NCBI GenBank assembly: GCA_965223905.1
Contig: CBDCXV010000010.1
Span: 1,536,001-1,600,000 of the forward strand
DNA: 64,000 bases
Origin: Candidatus Latescibacterota bacterium
GTDB taxonomy: Bacteria > Latescibacterota > UBA2968 > UBA8231
Direction: 5' to 3'
In this document: positions 31,862 through 41,208 of the stretch, piece by piece
Layout of the letters: each line of letters starts with the position of its first letter
Position numbering within the stretch: the first letter of the stretch is position 1
Position numbers and translations under genes: made by a program
The notes under the pieces: generated by a model
Told to the model about the DNA's origin: nothing
Databases searched by the model: none
The model's input: only the letters and a program-made list of their open reading frames with translations

Positions 31862-32776
31862 ATGCCAGCGTCACCTGAAAGCACCAGGATCGGATTCGTG
31901 GGATTGGGGATCATGGGCGCCCCCATGGCCCGCAACCTCATCGCGGCCGGATACTCGCTCAAGGTCTACAACCGCAGCGACCGCCCCCGCGTTCAGGAGG
32001 TGGTCGACGCCGGAGGGGAGCGGGTGGCGACCCCGAAAGAGGCAGCCTCCGGCAGCCAGGTCGTCATCACCATCGTCACCGACACACCGGACGTCGAGGC
32101 TGTCATCCTCGGCGAGAACGGGGTGATCGAGGGAGTGGAGGAGGGGGCCACCGTGATCGACATGAGCACCGTGTCGCCCCGCGTCACCCGCGAAATCGCC
32201 GCGGCCCTGAAGGAGAAGGGGGCCGGCATGCTCGACGCCCCGGTCAGCGGCGGCGACGTCGGGGCGCAGCAGGGAACGCTGTCGATCATGGTCGGCGGCG
32301 AGCAACAGGTATTCGACGAGTGCCTCCCGGTGTTCGAGGCGATGGGCAGGAACATCACCCTGATCGGCGGCAACGGCGCCGGACAGGTGACCAAGCTCTG
32401 CAACCAGATCGGTGTCGCCGTGGCCAACCTCGCCATGGCCGAGGCGCTGATGCTCGCCGCGGCCTCCGATCTCGACGTCGGGAAAGTGGTCGACGCGATC
32501 AGCGGGGGAGCGGCCGGTTCCTGGCAGCTGACCAACCTGGGCCCGCGCGTCCTGCAGGGGGACTTCGACCCGGGCTTCATGGTGCGCCTGCAGCAGAAGG
32601 ACCTCAAGCTGGTCCTCGAATCGGCGAACGACGTCAAGCTCGCCCTGCCCGCGGTCAGCATCGCCCACCAGTACTTCAACATCGTCGAGCGCATGGGGTG
32701 CGCCGACGAGGGCACCCAGGCCCTGATCAAAGCGTACGAAGCGCAGGCGCGGAAAGAGGCGCGCAGCCAGAGTTGA
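31862..32776 (+). CDS. 2-hydroxy-3-oxopropionate reductase / beta-hydroxyacid dehydrogenase
   Basis: GFVGLGIMG, DAPVSGG, TKLCNQ, KDL. Confidence 0.88.
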   Translation: MPASPESTRIGFVGLGIMGAPMARNLIAAGYSLKVYNRSDRPRVQEVVDAGGERVATPKEAASGSQVVITIVTDTPDVEAVILGENGVIEGVEEGATVIDMSTVSPRVTREIAAALKEKGAGMLDAPVSGGDVGAQQGTLSIMVGGEQQVFDECLPVFEAMGRNITLIGGNGAGQVTKLCNQIGVAVANLAMAEALMLAAASDLDVGKVVDAISGGAAGSWQLTNLGPRVLQGDFDPGFMVRLQQKDLKLVLESANDVKLALPAVSIAHQYFNIVERMGCADEGTQALIKAYEAQARKEARSQS

Positions 32777-32937
32777 AACAGGTCAATTGGATGTTCACCT
32801 ATGGCCACATAAATGACGGTCGACTTCCGATGCCGGAGGCGACCGGGCAAGCGGAACCGTCGGAGGAAAATGGGTCGCCCCCGTATCGCTTGCCGGCTCG
32901 AGCATAGCCCGTCTCGGCAAAAGAAAGAGATCGAGAT

Positions 32938-33909
32938 ATGAGACCGGCTTTTCGATTTTTCATCACAGTTATTTCGCTTCCCTCAATGGCCAACCTTACG
33001 TACGCGGATTCCAATAGTGACACAGCCGGTGCTCGACAGGTAGGAGCGATTCTGGAAGCCGGGGAGATCGACAGCAGCACGGTGGAAGTAGGCGTCTTTG
33101 GCGTGGTCATCCATGGACGGGGGGAACGGCACCCGGTCTCGGGGGAGTGGGAAAGGCTGGAGACAGCCCGAGGCTACATCCAGGCGGTCAATGCGGAAAC
33201 GTTGACCCTGGCCCGGGGAGGAGATGGTTGGCTGCAGCGGATCGCCTTGGATCGCATTCAAACGCTGGTTCTGGCAGGCTCGGCTTCCCGTGAACCGTCG
33301 GCTCCTGAAAGCAGCCAAAAAGAGAACATTCCAACTCCGACGAATTCCGGCCGTGCCGATGCTATGCCGGATACAATTATTGTGAAAACGGATGCAAAGG
33401 GAGAAACTTCACGGCGAATTAAAGTAAAGCTCTTCACTGGTATAGTCGGAGGCAGCGTTTTTCTATGGGCGGGGGCTTTGGCCGGTTGGGGTATTGATGA
33501 TTACTACGGCAAGTGTCGCGGATTGTTTCCAACCAACGAGCAGCACGTTTCTGAAGATGACCATTGTGTAGATATAGGGGTTCTTGTTGGGGGGAGTACG
33601 GGTTGGGTATTTGGAGCTCCCATTGGTGTAAGTATGGTGGAACCCAATGATCGTTTCATACATACGCTGGGTGGCAGCTTGGGGGGGGTGATTGCATGCG
33701 GTTTGCTGACCTTAGTTAGTGATGGTAAGCTTGCGCCATCCTTGATCGTGGCCCCTATCGTTTTTTCCACGGTAGCATCTGAATGGTCCCGAAACGGCGA
33801 ATTATCTCCCAAATCCCTTGAAGACCCTGATCAAGACTATCGTTTTTCCTTAGGTATAATGCCTATATCAGAGGGAAATTTTGCGATGGTCTTAACGCAC
33901 CGGTTCTAA
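32938..33909 (+). CDS. Hypothetical protein with hydrophobic Gly-rich C-terminal half
   Basis: 323-aa ORF with leader-like N-terminus; the 3' half is visibly lower in GC. Confidence 0.7.
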   Translation: MRPAFRFFITVISLPSMANLTYADSNSDTAGARQVGAILEAGEIDSSTVEVGVFGVVIHGRGERHPVSGEWERLETARGYIQAVNAETLTLARGGDGWLQRIALDRIQTLVLAGSASREPSAPESSQKENIPTPTNSGRADAMPDTIIVKTDAKGETSRRIKVKLFTGIVGGSVFLWAGALAGWGIDDYYGKCRGLFPTNEQHVSEDDHCVDIGVLVGGSTGWVFGAPIGVSMVEPNDRFIHTLGGSLGGVIACGLLTLVSDGKLAPSLIVAPIVFSTVASEWSRNGELSPKSLEDPDQDYRFSLGIMPISEGNFAMVLTHRF

Positions 33910-34069
33910 AAACTAGCTGAATTTCGCTTCTTATTTTGGATTTTACTGAAGGGCGCAAGATGACCCTGCTGCGGTGAGGAGCCGCTTTGTCATCGGCCGG
34001 CTCGAACCAACGGCTGCGCTGCGTTTCGCAGAGGCCGGCCAATAAAAAAAACTGCGGGGAGAACAGAGG

Positions 34070-34861
34070 ATGGACCTGAAGAAAGTCGGGGTTCTGTTGC
34101 GGGATGGGGAGCAGACCTATCCGCTGTCCGAGCTCGACGACCTCTTCGCGAGGCGCGGCATTTCGCTGGCTCCCCTGAAGTGGGACGAGCCCCCGCCCGG
34201 GGATCTCGACATGGTCATGGCCATGGGCGGGGACGGCACCGTCCTCAAAGCCCTCGACCTGTTCAGCGCCGGTCCGGTGCTGGCGATCAACTTCGGCACC
34301 ACCGGATTCCTGACCGCGGCCGACCGCGACGACCTCGACAAGGTGCTGACCCTGCTACTCGAGGGGAACTACCTGGTCAGCGAGCGCCTCGTCCTCGAGT
34401 GCCGGCATCCGCACGGGGTGACGCGGTCGATCAACGAGGTCATCGTGCGCCTTGCCGGCAGCGGCTTCCTCTACATCGACGTTTCCGTGGACGGCACCAA
34501 GATCCGCACCATCAAGGGGGACGGGGTCGTGGTCGGCACCCCGACCGGAAGCACCGGGTTCCTGCTCTCCGCGGGTGCGCCGATCGTGATGCCCGACGTC
34601 CGCTGCCTGATGCTCGACGGCATCAACGAGCACAACTTCACTTCGCGCTCGCTGATCCTTTCACCCGACTGCCGCATCGAGCTGCACGTCGGCGAGGAGA
34701 CCCGGGAGCACGGCGTCCATATCGCCGCGGACGGCCGCCCTCTCGGCAGCCTGAGCCCCGGGGACGACGTGCAGATCGTCCAGTCCTCGACCACGGCCAA
34801 GCTGATCTACTTCCAGGACAGCTACTTCTTCAACAACCTTTCCTCGAAGCTGGGCTGGTAG
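34070..34861 (+). CDS. nadK: NAD(+) kinase
   Basis: GGDGT, NE, GDGVVVGTPTGST. Confidence 0.9.
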   Translation: MDLKKVGVLLRDGEQTYPLSELDDLFARRGISLAPLKWDEPPPGDLDMVMAMGGDGTVLKALDLFSAGPVLAINFGTTGFLTAADRDDLDKVLTLLLEGNYLVSERLVLECRHPHGVTRSINEVIVRLAGSGFLYIDVSVDGTKIRTIKGDGVVVGTPTGSTGFLLSAGAPIVMPDVRCLMLDGINEHNFTSRSLILSPDCRIELHVGEETREHGVHIAADGRPLGSLSPGDDVQIVQSSTTAKLIYFQDSYFFNNLSSKLGW

Positions 34862-35161
34862 CGCCCGGAGGAGCGGCCCCGCTGTGGGGCTCTATCCTGT
34901 CCGGGCATCCGGTTCCAAGGCGGGGCATTGGATTCGGAGAACCGCCTGATTGGCGGGACAGCGCCGCGGCCTGTCCGGGCTTCCCCCGCCAGGTTCGCAC
35001 CGGGCCGGGACCGGAGCACCGGATTCACGGAACTTCCTCGATACACACCGGATCCGCATGAGGGGCAGGACGCACAGGTAAGGATCGGTGCGGAAAGGCA
35101 ACCGCCTGCCGGTCCCCCCCAAGGGACACGACCGCGAATGACGGGAGTCGGGAAAGGCTGA

Positions 35162-36679
35162 CTACAGGATGCCGACGCGGCCGGGTGCCTCGGCGTCGAG
35201 CAGGCGCTCCCGCGGCAGGACGAGATTGAGCTCGCGGACCTGCGCGGGGGAAAGCCCGGCAAGCCTGTCGACCAAACCGAGAAAGCGGCAGATCTCCCCC
35301 TCTTCCGCGAGGCCGGCGGTGAGGGTGCGCAGCTTGCGCACGTACTCCCCGCGCCGGAAGGGGCGGGCGCCGAACGAGTGGGCGTTCGGATTGCCGAGGC
35401 GTTCAACGACCCGCGAGCCGTCGTTCATCGCCACCACCACCTCGGCCCCGAACTTCTTGCGCGACGGGTCGGGGTCGTGGTAGGCAGCCGTCCACTCCGG
35501 CACCTCCTCGGTGCGTATCCGGTGCCACAGGCGCACCGTCGAAGGGCGGTGGGCGCGTTCGGAGGTGTAGCTGTCGGCGTGGTGCCAGGCGCCGTCCTCC
35601 CAGGCCACCGCCAGTATGTACATGGCGCTGTGGTCGAGGGTCTCGCGCGAGGCGCCGGGGTCCATCTTCTGCGGGTCGTTGGCGCCGGTGCCGATGACGT
35701 TGTGGGTGTGATGGGAGGTGCGGATCACCACCTCCGCAATTTCTGCGGGATCGAGACTCCGGGCGTGCAGGGAAAAGCCGATGTCGATCAGCGCCTGAGC
35801 CTGGTACTCGGCCGAGTGCTCCTTCGTGTATGACTGGAGGATGGCCGTCAACGGCTCTCCCGGCGAGGGCAGCGGTACGGTGTACTCGGCGTCCGGTCCG
35901 CCCAGCAGCCAGGCGATGACGGCGTCGCGGCCCTCGTAGATCGGCGAGGGAGCTTTCTCCCCGAGGCGGGCGCGCCCCACCGCCTCGACGGCGATCTTGC
36001 CGGCCTGGGCCGGGGCGTAGGCCTTCCAGCTGGTGATCTCCCCCTTGCGCGACTGCCGCGTGGCGCAGCCGAGGTGGACGCTCTGGTTGACGGCCTGGAA
36101 GATCTGCTCCGCCGGCATCCCCAGCATGGTGCCGATGCCCGCGGCGACCGCGGGGGCGAGATGGGCGACGTGATCGATCTTGTGCTCGTGCAGGCAGATC
36201 CCGGTCACCAGCGCCATCTGCGTCTCGTACGCCGTGGCGGTCCCCAGGGCAAGCTCCCGCCCGTTGCGCCCGGTCTGCTGCGCGACCGCGAGAAGACCGG
36301 GAATGGTGTCGCCGGGATGGGAGTAGTCGGCGGCGAGGTAGCAGTCGTGCATGTCGAGCTCGCGCACGGCGACCCCGTTGGCCAGGGCCGCCCACTCGCA
36401 GTGGAAGGTGCGCTCGCCGGGGATCCCGAACAGCGACGCCCCGGTCCCCTCCGGGTGGGGGTAGCCGAGGGCCAGCAGGCGGGCGTTGCGCACCGGGTCG
36501 CGGTTGATGGCGGCGACGGCTACCGCGGCGTTGTCGATGAGGCGGTTGCCGATCATCTCGGCGACCTCGGCTTCGAGGAAGGAGTTGCCGGCCGCCATGG
36601 CGGCGATCTTCCAGGCCAGCTGCTCCTCCCTGGGCAGCACGGTCCCTTCGGCGTGGGTCCTTACGACGACCGGCGGCAT
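35162..36679 (-). CDS. prpD: MmgE/PrpD family (2-methylcitrate dehydratase-like)
   Basis: VRELDMHD, SHPGD, ITSWKA, KEHSAEYQ, RETLDHS. Confidence 0.88.
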   Translation of the reverse strand: MPPVVVRTHAEGTVLPREEQLAWKIAAMAAGNSFLEAEVAEMIGNRLIDNAAVAVAAINRDPVRNARLLALGYPHPEGTGASLFGIPGERTFHCEWAALANGVAVRELDMHDCYLAADYSHPGDTIPGLLAVAQQTGRNGRELALGTATAYETQMALVTGICLHEHKIDHVAHLAPAVAAGIGTMLGMPAEQIFQAVNQSVHLGCATRQSRKGEITSWKAYAPAQAGKIAVEAVGRARLGEKAPSPIYEGRDAVIAWLLGGPDAEYTVPLPSPGEPLTAILQSYTKEHSAEYQAQALIDIGFSLHARSLDPAEIAEVVIRTSHHTHNVIGTGANDPQKMDPGASRETLDHSAMYILAVAWEDGAWHHADSYTSERAHRPSTVRLWHRIRTEEVPEWTAAYHDPDPSRKKFGAEVVVAMNDGSRVVERLGNPNAHSFGARPFRRGEYVRKLRTLTAGLAEEGEICRFLGLVDRLAGLSPAQVRELNLVLPRERLLDAEAPGRVGIL

Positions 36680-36710
36680 CGGCGGTAGCTGGAAACGGGC
36701 GGGTCAGCAG

Positions 36711-37502
36711 CTATCGGGGACGGTAGATCGCCGACTGGTTGTAGGGGATGATAAGCGCCTCGACGCCGTCCGGAAGGTGGGCGGCCCACTCGTGCGAATC
36801 GTAGTCGCGCGCCGTGAAGCAGCCGTAGTGCGCCGGCACCGCGGCCTCGATCCCGATGGCGGCCGCCATCTCGGCGGATCCTTCGAAGAACGGGAACTCC
36901 CCTTCCGTCGGGTGATTGGTCAGCAGGCCGATGTCGGGGCGGAGATCGCGGACCGCGGAAACCAGCTCGCCGTGGCGGGCGAAGTTGTTGATCGGGTCGC
37001 CCGACACGTATACCCGCACCGCTCCCGTATCGACGACGTACCCGAGGTGCTGGACATCGGGAGGATCGATGCCGTTGGCCGGGTCGCCCGCCGGGGGCTT
37101 GGCGTAGACGGCGTGGAACGTCATCCCTGCCGCGGTTGCCGAATCGCCGGCAGCCACCGCGGTGATCGAGGCTTCCGGTATCCCGGCCGCGGCCAGCGCC
37201 TCGGCGCTTTCCGACGGCCCGACGATGACCAGACCTGGGTTGGCGCTGCGAATGCGCTCGATCGACTCGAGGCAGGTGTGGTCCCCGTGGTTGTGGGTCA
37301 GGAGCACGCAATCGGTGCGCAGCGATTCCTCCATCAGCGGCGAGCGCGGATGTATGAAGGTCTCCGCGGGGCGCTCGCGCGGATAATACGGATCGACCTG
37401 GACAATCTCTCCTGAGCTGTTCCTGAGACCGAAGCTGCTCTGGCCGAACCAGTGAATGCCGACGCCGTTTTCCGGCACGGCGAGGTCTTCGAAGGGATGC
37501 AT
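36711..37502 (-). CDS. MBL-fold metallo-hydrolase (UlaG-like)
   Basis: WFGQSSF, DPY, THNHGDH, PAHY. Confidence 0.85.
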   Translation of the reverse strand: MHPFEDLAVPENGVGIHWFGQSSFGLRNSSGEIVQVDPYYPRERPAETFIHPRSPLMEESLRTDCVLLTHNHGDHTCLESIERIRSANPGLVIVGPSESAEALAAAGIPEASITAVAAGDSATAAGMTFHAVYAKPPAGDPANGIDPPDVQHLGYVVDTGAVRVYVSGDPINNFARHGELVSAVRDLRPDIGLLTNHPTEGEFPFFEGSAEMAAAIGIEAAVPAHYGCFTARDYDSHEWAAHLPDGVEALIIPYNQSAIYRPR

Positions 37503-37641
37503 CGTTCTCCTTTCTGTGGGATGTTGGACTCTTCAAGGATTGAATCGTGGGGAAGGTATTGATACGGACAGAATTAAAGCCGCCGTGCAATGCCCGTCCC
37601 GGATCCTCGATACTTTTCGCCAGAATGATCGAGGAAACCGA

Positions 37642-37828
37642 CTATGGCGGAGAAATCCCCAGATCCCTGCAAATCTTTGTCACCAGGGAACCTGTTCAGC
37701 TCCCGGTGTCTTGGGACAGCGGACGAACTTCGATTTCTGCGATTGACGTACATAGTGTGATTTCCACCTTCCCGGAGGAACTCACAACCGTGTCTCTCAA
37801 GATGTCGGATGACATCTATCCTTTTCAT
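37642..37828 (-). pseudogene. hicA: HicA toxin with +1 frameshift
   Basis: MKRIDVIRHL..REGGNH..VPRHREL; the C-terminus FLVTKICRDLGISPP* lies in another frame after an extra base at about 37686-37688. Confidence 0.8.
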
Positions 37829-37830
37829 GC

Positions 37831-38043
37831 CTATACAATGACATGCTCGCGGATGACCTCATGTTCTTCCACATGGGATTCCTCGGCGAGGATGCGATTG
37901 GCCTCGAGCGTCATTTCAATGGCTTCCCGGAGGTTTACCCTGGCCTCTTCGAGGGTTTTCCCCTGAGTATTGGCGCCGGGCAGCTCCTCGACGAATCCGA
38001 TGTATCCCTCGGGGACTTTTCTAAAAACCGCGGTCAGTTTCAT
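37831..38043 (-). CDS. hicB: HicB-like antitoxin (short, no DNA-binding domain)
   Basis: YIGFVEELPGANTQGKTLEEARVNLREAI. Confidence 0.9.
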   Translation of the reverse strand: MKLTAVFRKVPEGYIGFVEELPGANTQGKTLEEARVNLREAIEMTLEANRILAEESHVEEHEVIREHVIV

Positions 38044-38323
38044 AATGGGGAGTGCCCTGAAAATTGTTGGTGGAGCGGATTGGTCACGATCGAACCAATT
38101 AGGAAGCTTGCCGTCGCAGCATGAATCTCATGCGCTTTCCTCAAATTCTGAGGGTGATACCCTACCCGGCTTTCGCTTCCGCGTCAAGGGCGAAGGGCAG
38201 CGGCCCACAAATTGCCATCCCCTGTAAAAACAGTATCTTAGTAGAAATCAATCCAGGCGACCGCCGGTGTATTCCGCACCGGAGCGACACCGGGAGTCAA
38301 TCCCCCAGCGACGGAGAGAAACC

Positions 38324-38632
38324 ATGGCGAGAGTAGGCTTCCGCATGAACCTCAAGCCGGGGAACGAGGCGGAGTACAAAAAACGGCACGACGAGATCTG
38401 GCCGGAGCTGACGCAGCTTCTCCACGATACCGGCATCAGGAACTACACGATCTTTCGCGACGGCCTGACCTTGTTCGCCTACCTCGAGATCGACGACCCG
38501 GGCGCCCTCGACGAGCTGCCCGGCTACGAGCTGATGCGCAAGTGGTGGACCTACATGGAGCCGCTGATGGTCTACAACGACGACTCCACTCCGGCGGTCA
38601 CCATGCTCGAAGAGGCGTTTCACCAGGACTGA
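38324..38632 (+). CDS. rhaM: L-rhamnose mutarotase
   Basis: EYKKRHDEIWPE, NYTIF, KWWTYM. Confidence 0.9.
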   Translation: MARVGFRMNLKPGNEAEYKKRHDEIWPELTQLLHDTGIRNYTIFRDGLTLFAYLEIDDPGALDELPGYELMRKWWTYMEPLMVYNDDSTPAVTMLEEAFHQD

Positions 38633-38640
38633 CCGCGCCG

Positions 38641-39915
38641 ATGAGCACCGCCACCCTGTTCGACAGGAAGTACGAGAAGGGCAAGGCCGATTTCCTGGGC
38701 GAGGTGGTCGAGCGCCTGCGCGGCGAGTACGCCCCGGAAGAGATCGAGGCCCTGCGCATCGATCCTGTCGACCCCGAGATCCTGTCGCAGCGCTCCGGCC
38801 GCGGTTTCGTCAACCGGGACATCCTCGAAACCGTGCTCGGCAACCTGCTGGAGTGCGTCGCTCCGGGGTCGCACAACGCGGTGGCGCCGCAGGCGAAGCA
38901 GGGGCTCGACTCCGCCCTCGGTGAGATCGCCGACCAAGTCTACGCCATGGTCGCCCAGTCGCTGCTGGCCGCCGGCGAGGAGGAGCGTCTCGAGGATGCG
39001 GCGCTGGCCGCGACTTTCGCCCTGCTCTGGGAGCTGCCCGGGCTCAAGGAGCGCTCGCGCTGGAACCGCTTCGCCTCGCTGAAGGATCCGGCGGTCTGGG
39101 ACGCCTACCTGTTGCAGACCTGCGGATTGTCCGCCGGGGAGCTCGCCGGGCTCGAGTTCGGCCGGCACCTCGACCGGGCTATAGCCGAACGGGACTTTGG
39201 TCAGTACCGCGAGTTCCTCAAAACCCTGAAGTGCGATTCCATCTTCGATTACCAGATGCAGCTGGTGATGAGCACCTATCCCGGCTGGCGGGTGCTGTTC
39301 TACCACGACGTCGCCCACTCCCTCACCCGCTCGGGAGCGGTTGCCGGCAACCCGCAGCTGAGCCGCCTGCCCGTTCCCCTGCTGCCGCGCGCCATCGCCG
39401 AGCTGGGGGGGCGCTACTACCAGGCCGACATCCACCCGGAGACCGAGATCGGCGACGCCAACTTCCTCGACCATCCCCACCGCGGGATAACCACCGGCCA
39501 GACCGGCGTCATCGGTTCCGGCTGCCACCTGATGCCCTGCACCCTCGGCGGATTGTCGCGGCGGCTGCGGCGCCGCCACCCGCGGCTGGGGGACGGCGTC
39601 TTCATCGGCACCGACGCCAACCTGATCGGCCCCGTGATCATAGGGGACCGCTCGGCGATCGGAGCGAACACCGAGATCTACGGCCTCGTCGAAGTGGGGC
39701 GCGACTGCCGCATCGGTTCCTCGGTGGTCGTCGGAACGGTCAAGTCGACAGGCGCCAACCCCGGGCGTCTGCTGGTGGGGGACGGCGTCAGGATCGGCGA
39801 CGGCACGATCGTCGAGAACGAGTCGACCCTGGACCTCGTCATCCCCGGCAACACGCAGATCCCCGCGCGCAGCCACGTCGTCAACAGGGACGGGGCTCCC
39901 GAGTACATCGGGTAG
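38641..39915 (+). CDS. Serine O-acetyltransferase-like hexapeptide protein with long N-terminal extension
   Basis: DIHPETEIG..FLDH, TLGG..RHPRLGDGVFIG, hexapeptide repeats. Confidence 0.75.
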   Translation: MSTATLFDRKYEKGKADFLGEVVERLRGEYAPEEIEALRIDPVDPEILSQRSGRGFVNRDILETVLGNLLECVAPGSHNAVAPQAKQGLDSALGEIADQVYAMVAQSLLAAGEEERLEDAALAATFALLWELPGLKERSRWNRFASLKDPAVWDAYLLQTCGLSAGELAGLEFGRHLDRAIAERDFGQYREFLKTLKCDSIFDYQMQLVMSTYPGWRVLFYHDVAHSLTRSGAVAGNPQLSRLPVPLLPRAIAELGGRYYQADIHPETEIGDANFLDHPHRGITTGQTGVIGSGCHLMPCTLGGLSRRLRRRHPRLGDGVFIGTDANLIGPVIIGDRSAIGANTEIYGLVEVGRDCRIGSSVVVGTVKSTGANPGRLLVGDGVRIGDGTIVENESTLDLVIPGNTQIPARSHVVNRDGAPEYIG

Positions 39916-39934
39916 CACCCGCAGCCCGCTTCCG

Positions 39935-40059
39935 CTTCAGAATCCGCAGCGCTCCGCCGCCCTGAAGAACGGCTCGGAGACCGCCATGGCCTCGCGCAAG
40001 GGAAGGTCGCTGGTCATCGGGTGGACGCAGAGGAGGCGGCAGCCGTTCTCCATCGCCCG
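39935..40059. repeat. 125-bp direct repeat copy 1 (duplicate of the 3' end of gene 41086-42039)
   Basis: Matches 41084-41208 with one mismatch. Confidence 0.95.
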
Positions 40060-40182
40060 TTCCGGGTCGTACCCGACCAGCCGGTAGAGGTGGACGCCGG
40101 CTGGCGCATCCGATGCCTGCTGGATGGGAGGATCGTCAAGCGGTTCGGTCAAGCATCGGCGCTCAGGCCGAATGTGTTCAGA

Positions 40183-40617
40183 TCAAACGCCTTCGGAGGT
40201 AGCGGACTCGTCGCCGGCTGGTGTGTCGCGTGCCAGGTAGGCAGCTGGGCGCAGGATGTGTACGCCCTGCACCTTCTTGGCGAAATGCGGGCCGAAGTGA
40301 CGCACATCTCCCGTCAACAGGTGTGTGGCACCTGCTGCCACGGCCGCCAACCAGACGGGACGATCCTTGTCCGGAAGTAATAGCGGACATGGCGTGTCGG
40401 CCGGACCTTCCGCGACGAGTCGGACGGCACTGAGGAGGCTGTCCAGCGCGGCGCGCTGCGCCGTGTCTCCGAGGTTCCGTCGCGCTTCTTCGATCACGTA
40501 CTCCGATGCCACCAACTCACACCGGCCGTCCCGGGCCGCGGTCCAGAGTCCAACCAACCCCGGACTGCCGTACGCCGCGCTGAAGAGCACGTTGGCGTCG
40601 AGGAAGACCCGGTCCAA
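40183..40617 (-). CDS. PIN-domain (VapC-like) toxin
   Basis: VFLDANVLFSA, EEARRNL, DKDRPV..AA, LLTGD. Confidence 0.9.
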   Translation of the reverse strand: MDRVFLDANVLFSAAYGSPGLVGLWTAARDGRCELVASEYVIEEARRNLGDTAQRAALDSLLSAVRLVAEGPADTPCPLLLPDKDRPVWLAAVAAGATHLLTGDVRHFGPHFAKKVQGVHILRPAAYLARDTPAGDESATSEGV

Positions 40618-40620
40618 CGG

Positions 40621-40914
40621 TCAGGGATCTCGAGGCTTTTCGTGCGGAATGTCTGCCGGGTCGAGCCCCAGCTCCCGAACCTGCTTGCAAGCCCACTCGT
40701 AGTCCAGGTCATCGACGGCGTTCGACAGCAGGAACTCCGCCTTGCGCTGCGCCGAATAGCTCTCGATGGGCAAGGCCACCGCCGGCCGGATGAGGACACC
40801 GTCGTCGCGACCATCCACGATAACCATCGATCCTTCCTCCAAGCCGTACATCCTGCGCAGCTGTGCGGGGATTACAACGGTTCCCCTCTTGCCGATCCTG
40901 GTCGCCTTTGCCAT
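40621..40914 (-). CDS. AbrB/MazE/SpoVT antitoxin
   Basis: IGKRGTVVIPAQLRRMYGLEEG..GVLIRP. Confidence 0.9.
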   Translation of the reverse strand: MAKATRIGKRGTVVIPAQLRRMYGLEEGSMVIVDGRDDGVLIRPAVALPIESYSAQRKAEFLLSNAVDDLDYEWACKQVRELGLDPADIPHEKPRDP

Positions 40915-40934
40915 GAGAAGCCCCTTGGTTAAAA

Positions 40935-40959
40935 ATTCTGATAATCAGAATATCAGAAT
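40935..40959. promoter_or_regulatory. Putative TA autoregulatory operator
   Basis: Palindrome ATTCTGAT-A-ATCAGAAT plus a third ATCAGAAT half-site, about 20 bp upstream of the antitoxin ATG. Confidence 0.7.
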
Positions 40960-41083
40960 AGTCTGTCTCGGGAGGCAATACATGGCAGGTCCTCCGATGC
41001 TCCGTAACGGTCGAATCTTTCCGAACGCCCAAAACGTCGACGACGATGGGACGCCTCTCAGAAGCCAGGGAGCCGCGGCAGGC

Positions 41084-41208
41084 CTTCAGAATCCGCAGCG
41101 CTCCGCCGCCCTGAAGAACGGCTCGGAGACCGCCATGGCCCCGCGCAAGGGAAGGTCGCTGGTCATCGGGTGGACGCAGAGGAGGCGGCAGCCGTTCTCC
41201 ATCGCCCG
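41084..41208. repeat. 125-bp direct repeat copy 2
   Basis: Matches 39935-40059. Confidence 0.95.

Noticed and set aside
34862-35161. Possible ncRNA in the 300-bp gap between convergent genes (also 45423-45644 and 17305-17614)
   Set aside because: No recognisable RNA family motif, promoter or terminator was seen by eye.
39937-40152. 71-aa ORF as a real gene
   Set aside because: It is the duplicated gene tail fused to unrelated sequence.
39935-41208. 125-bp repeat as a DGR template/variable repeat pair
   Set aside because: The single mismatch is at an adenine of the downstream copy (coding strand), but one difference is uninformative, and no reverse transcriptase or C-type-lectin-like target is present.
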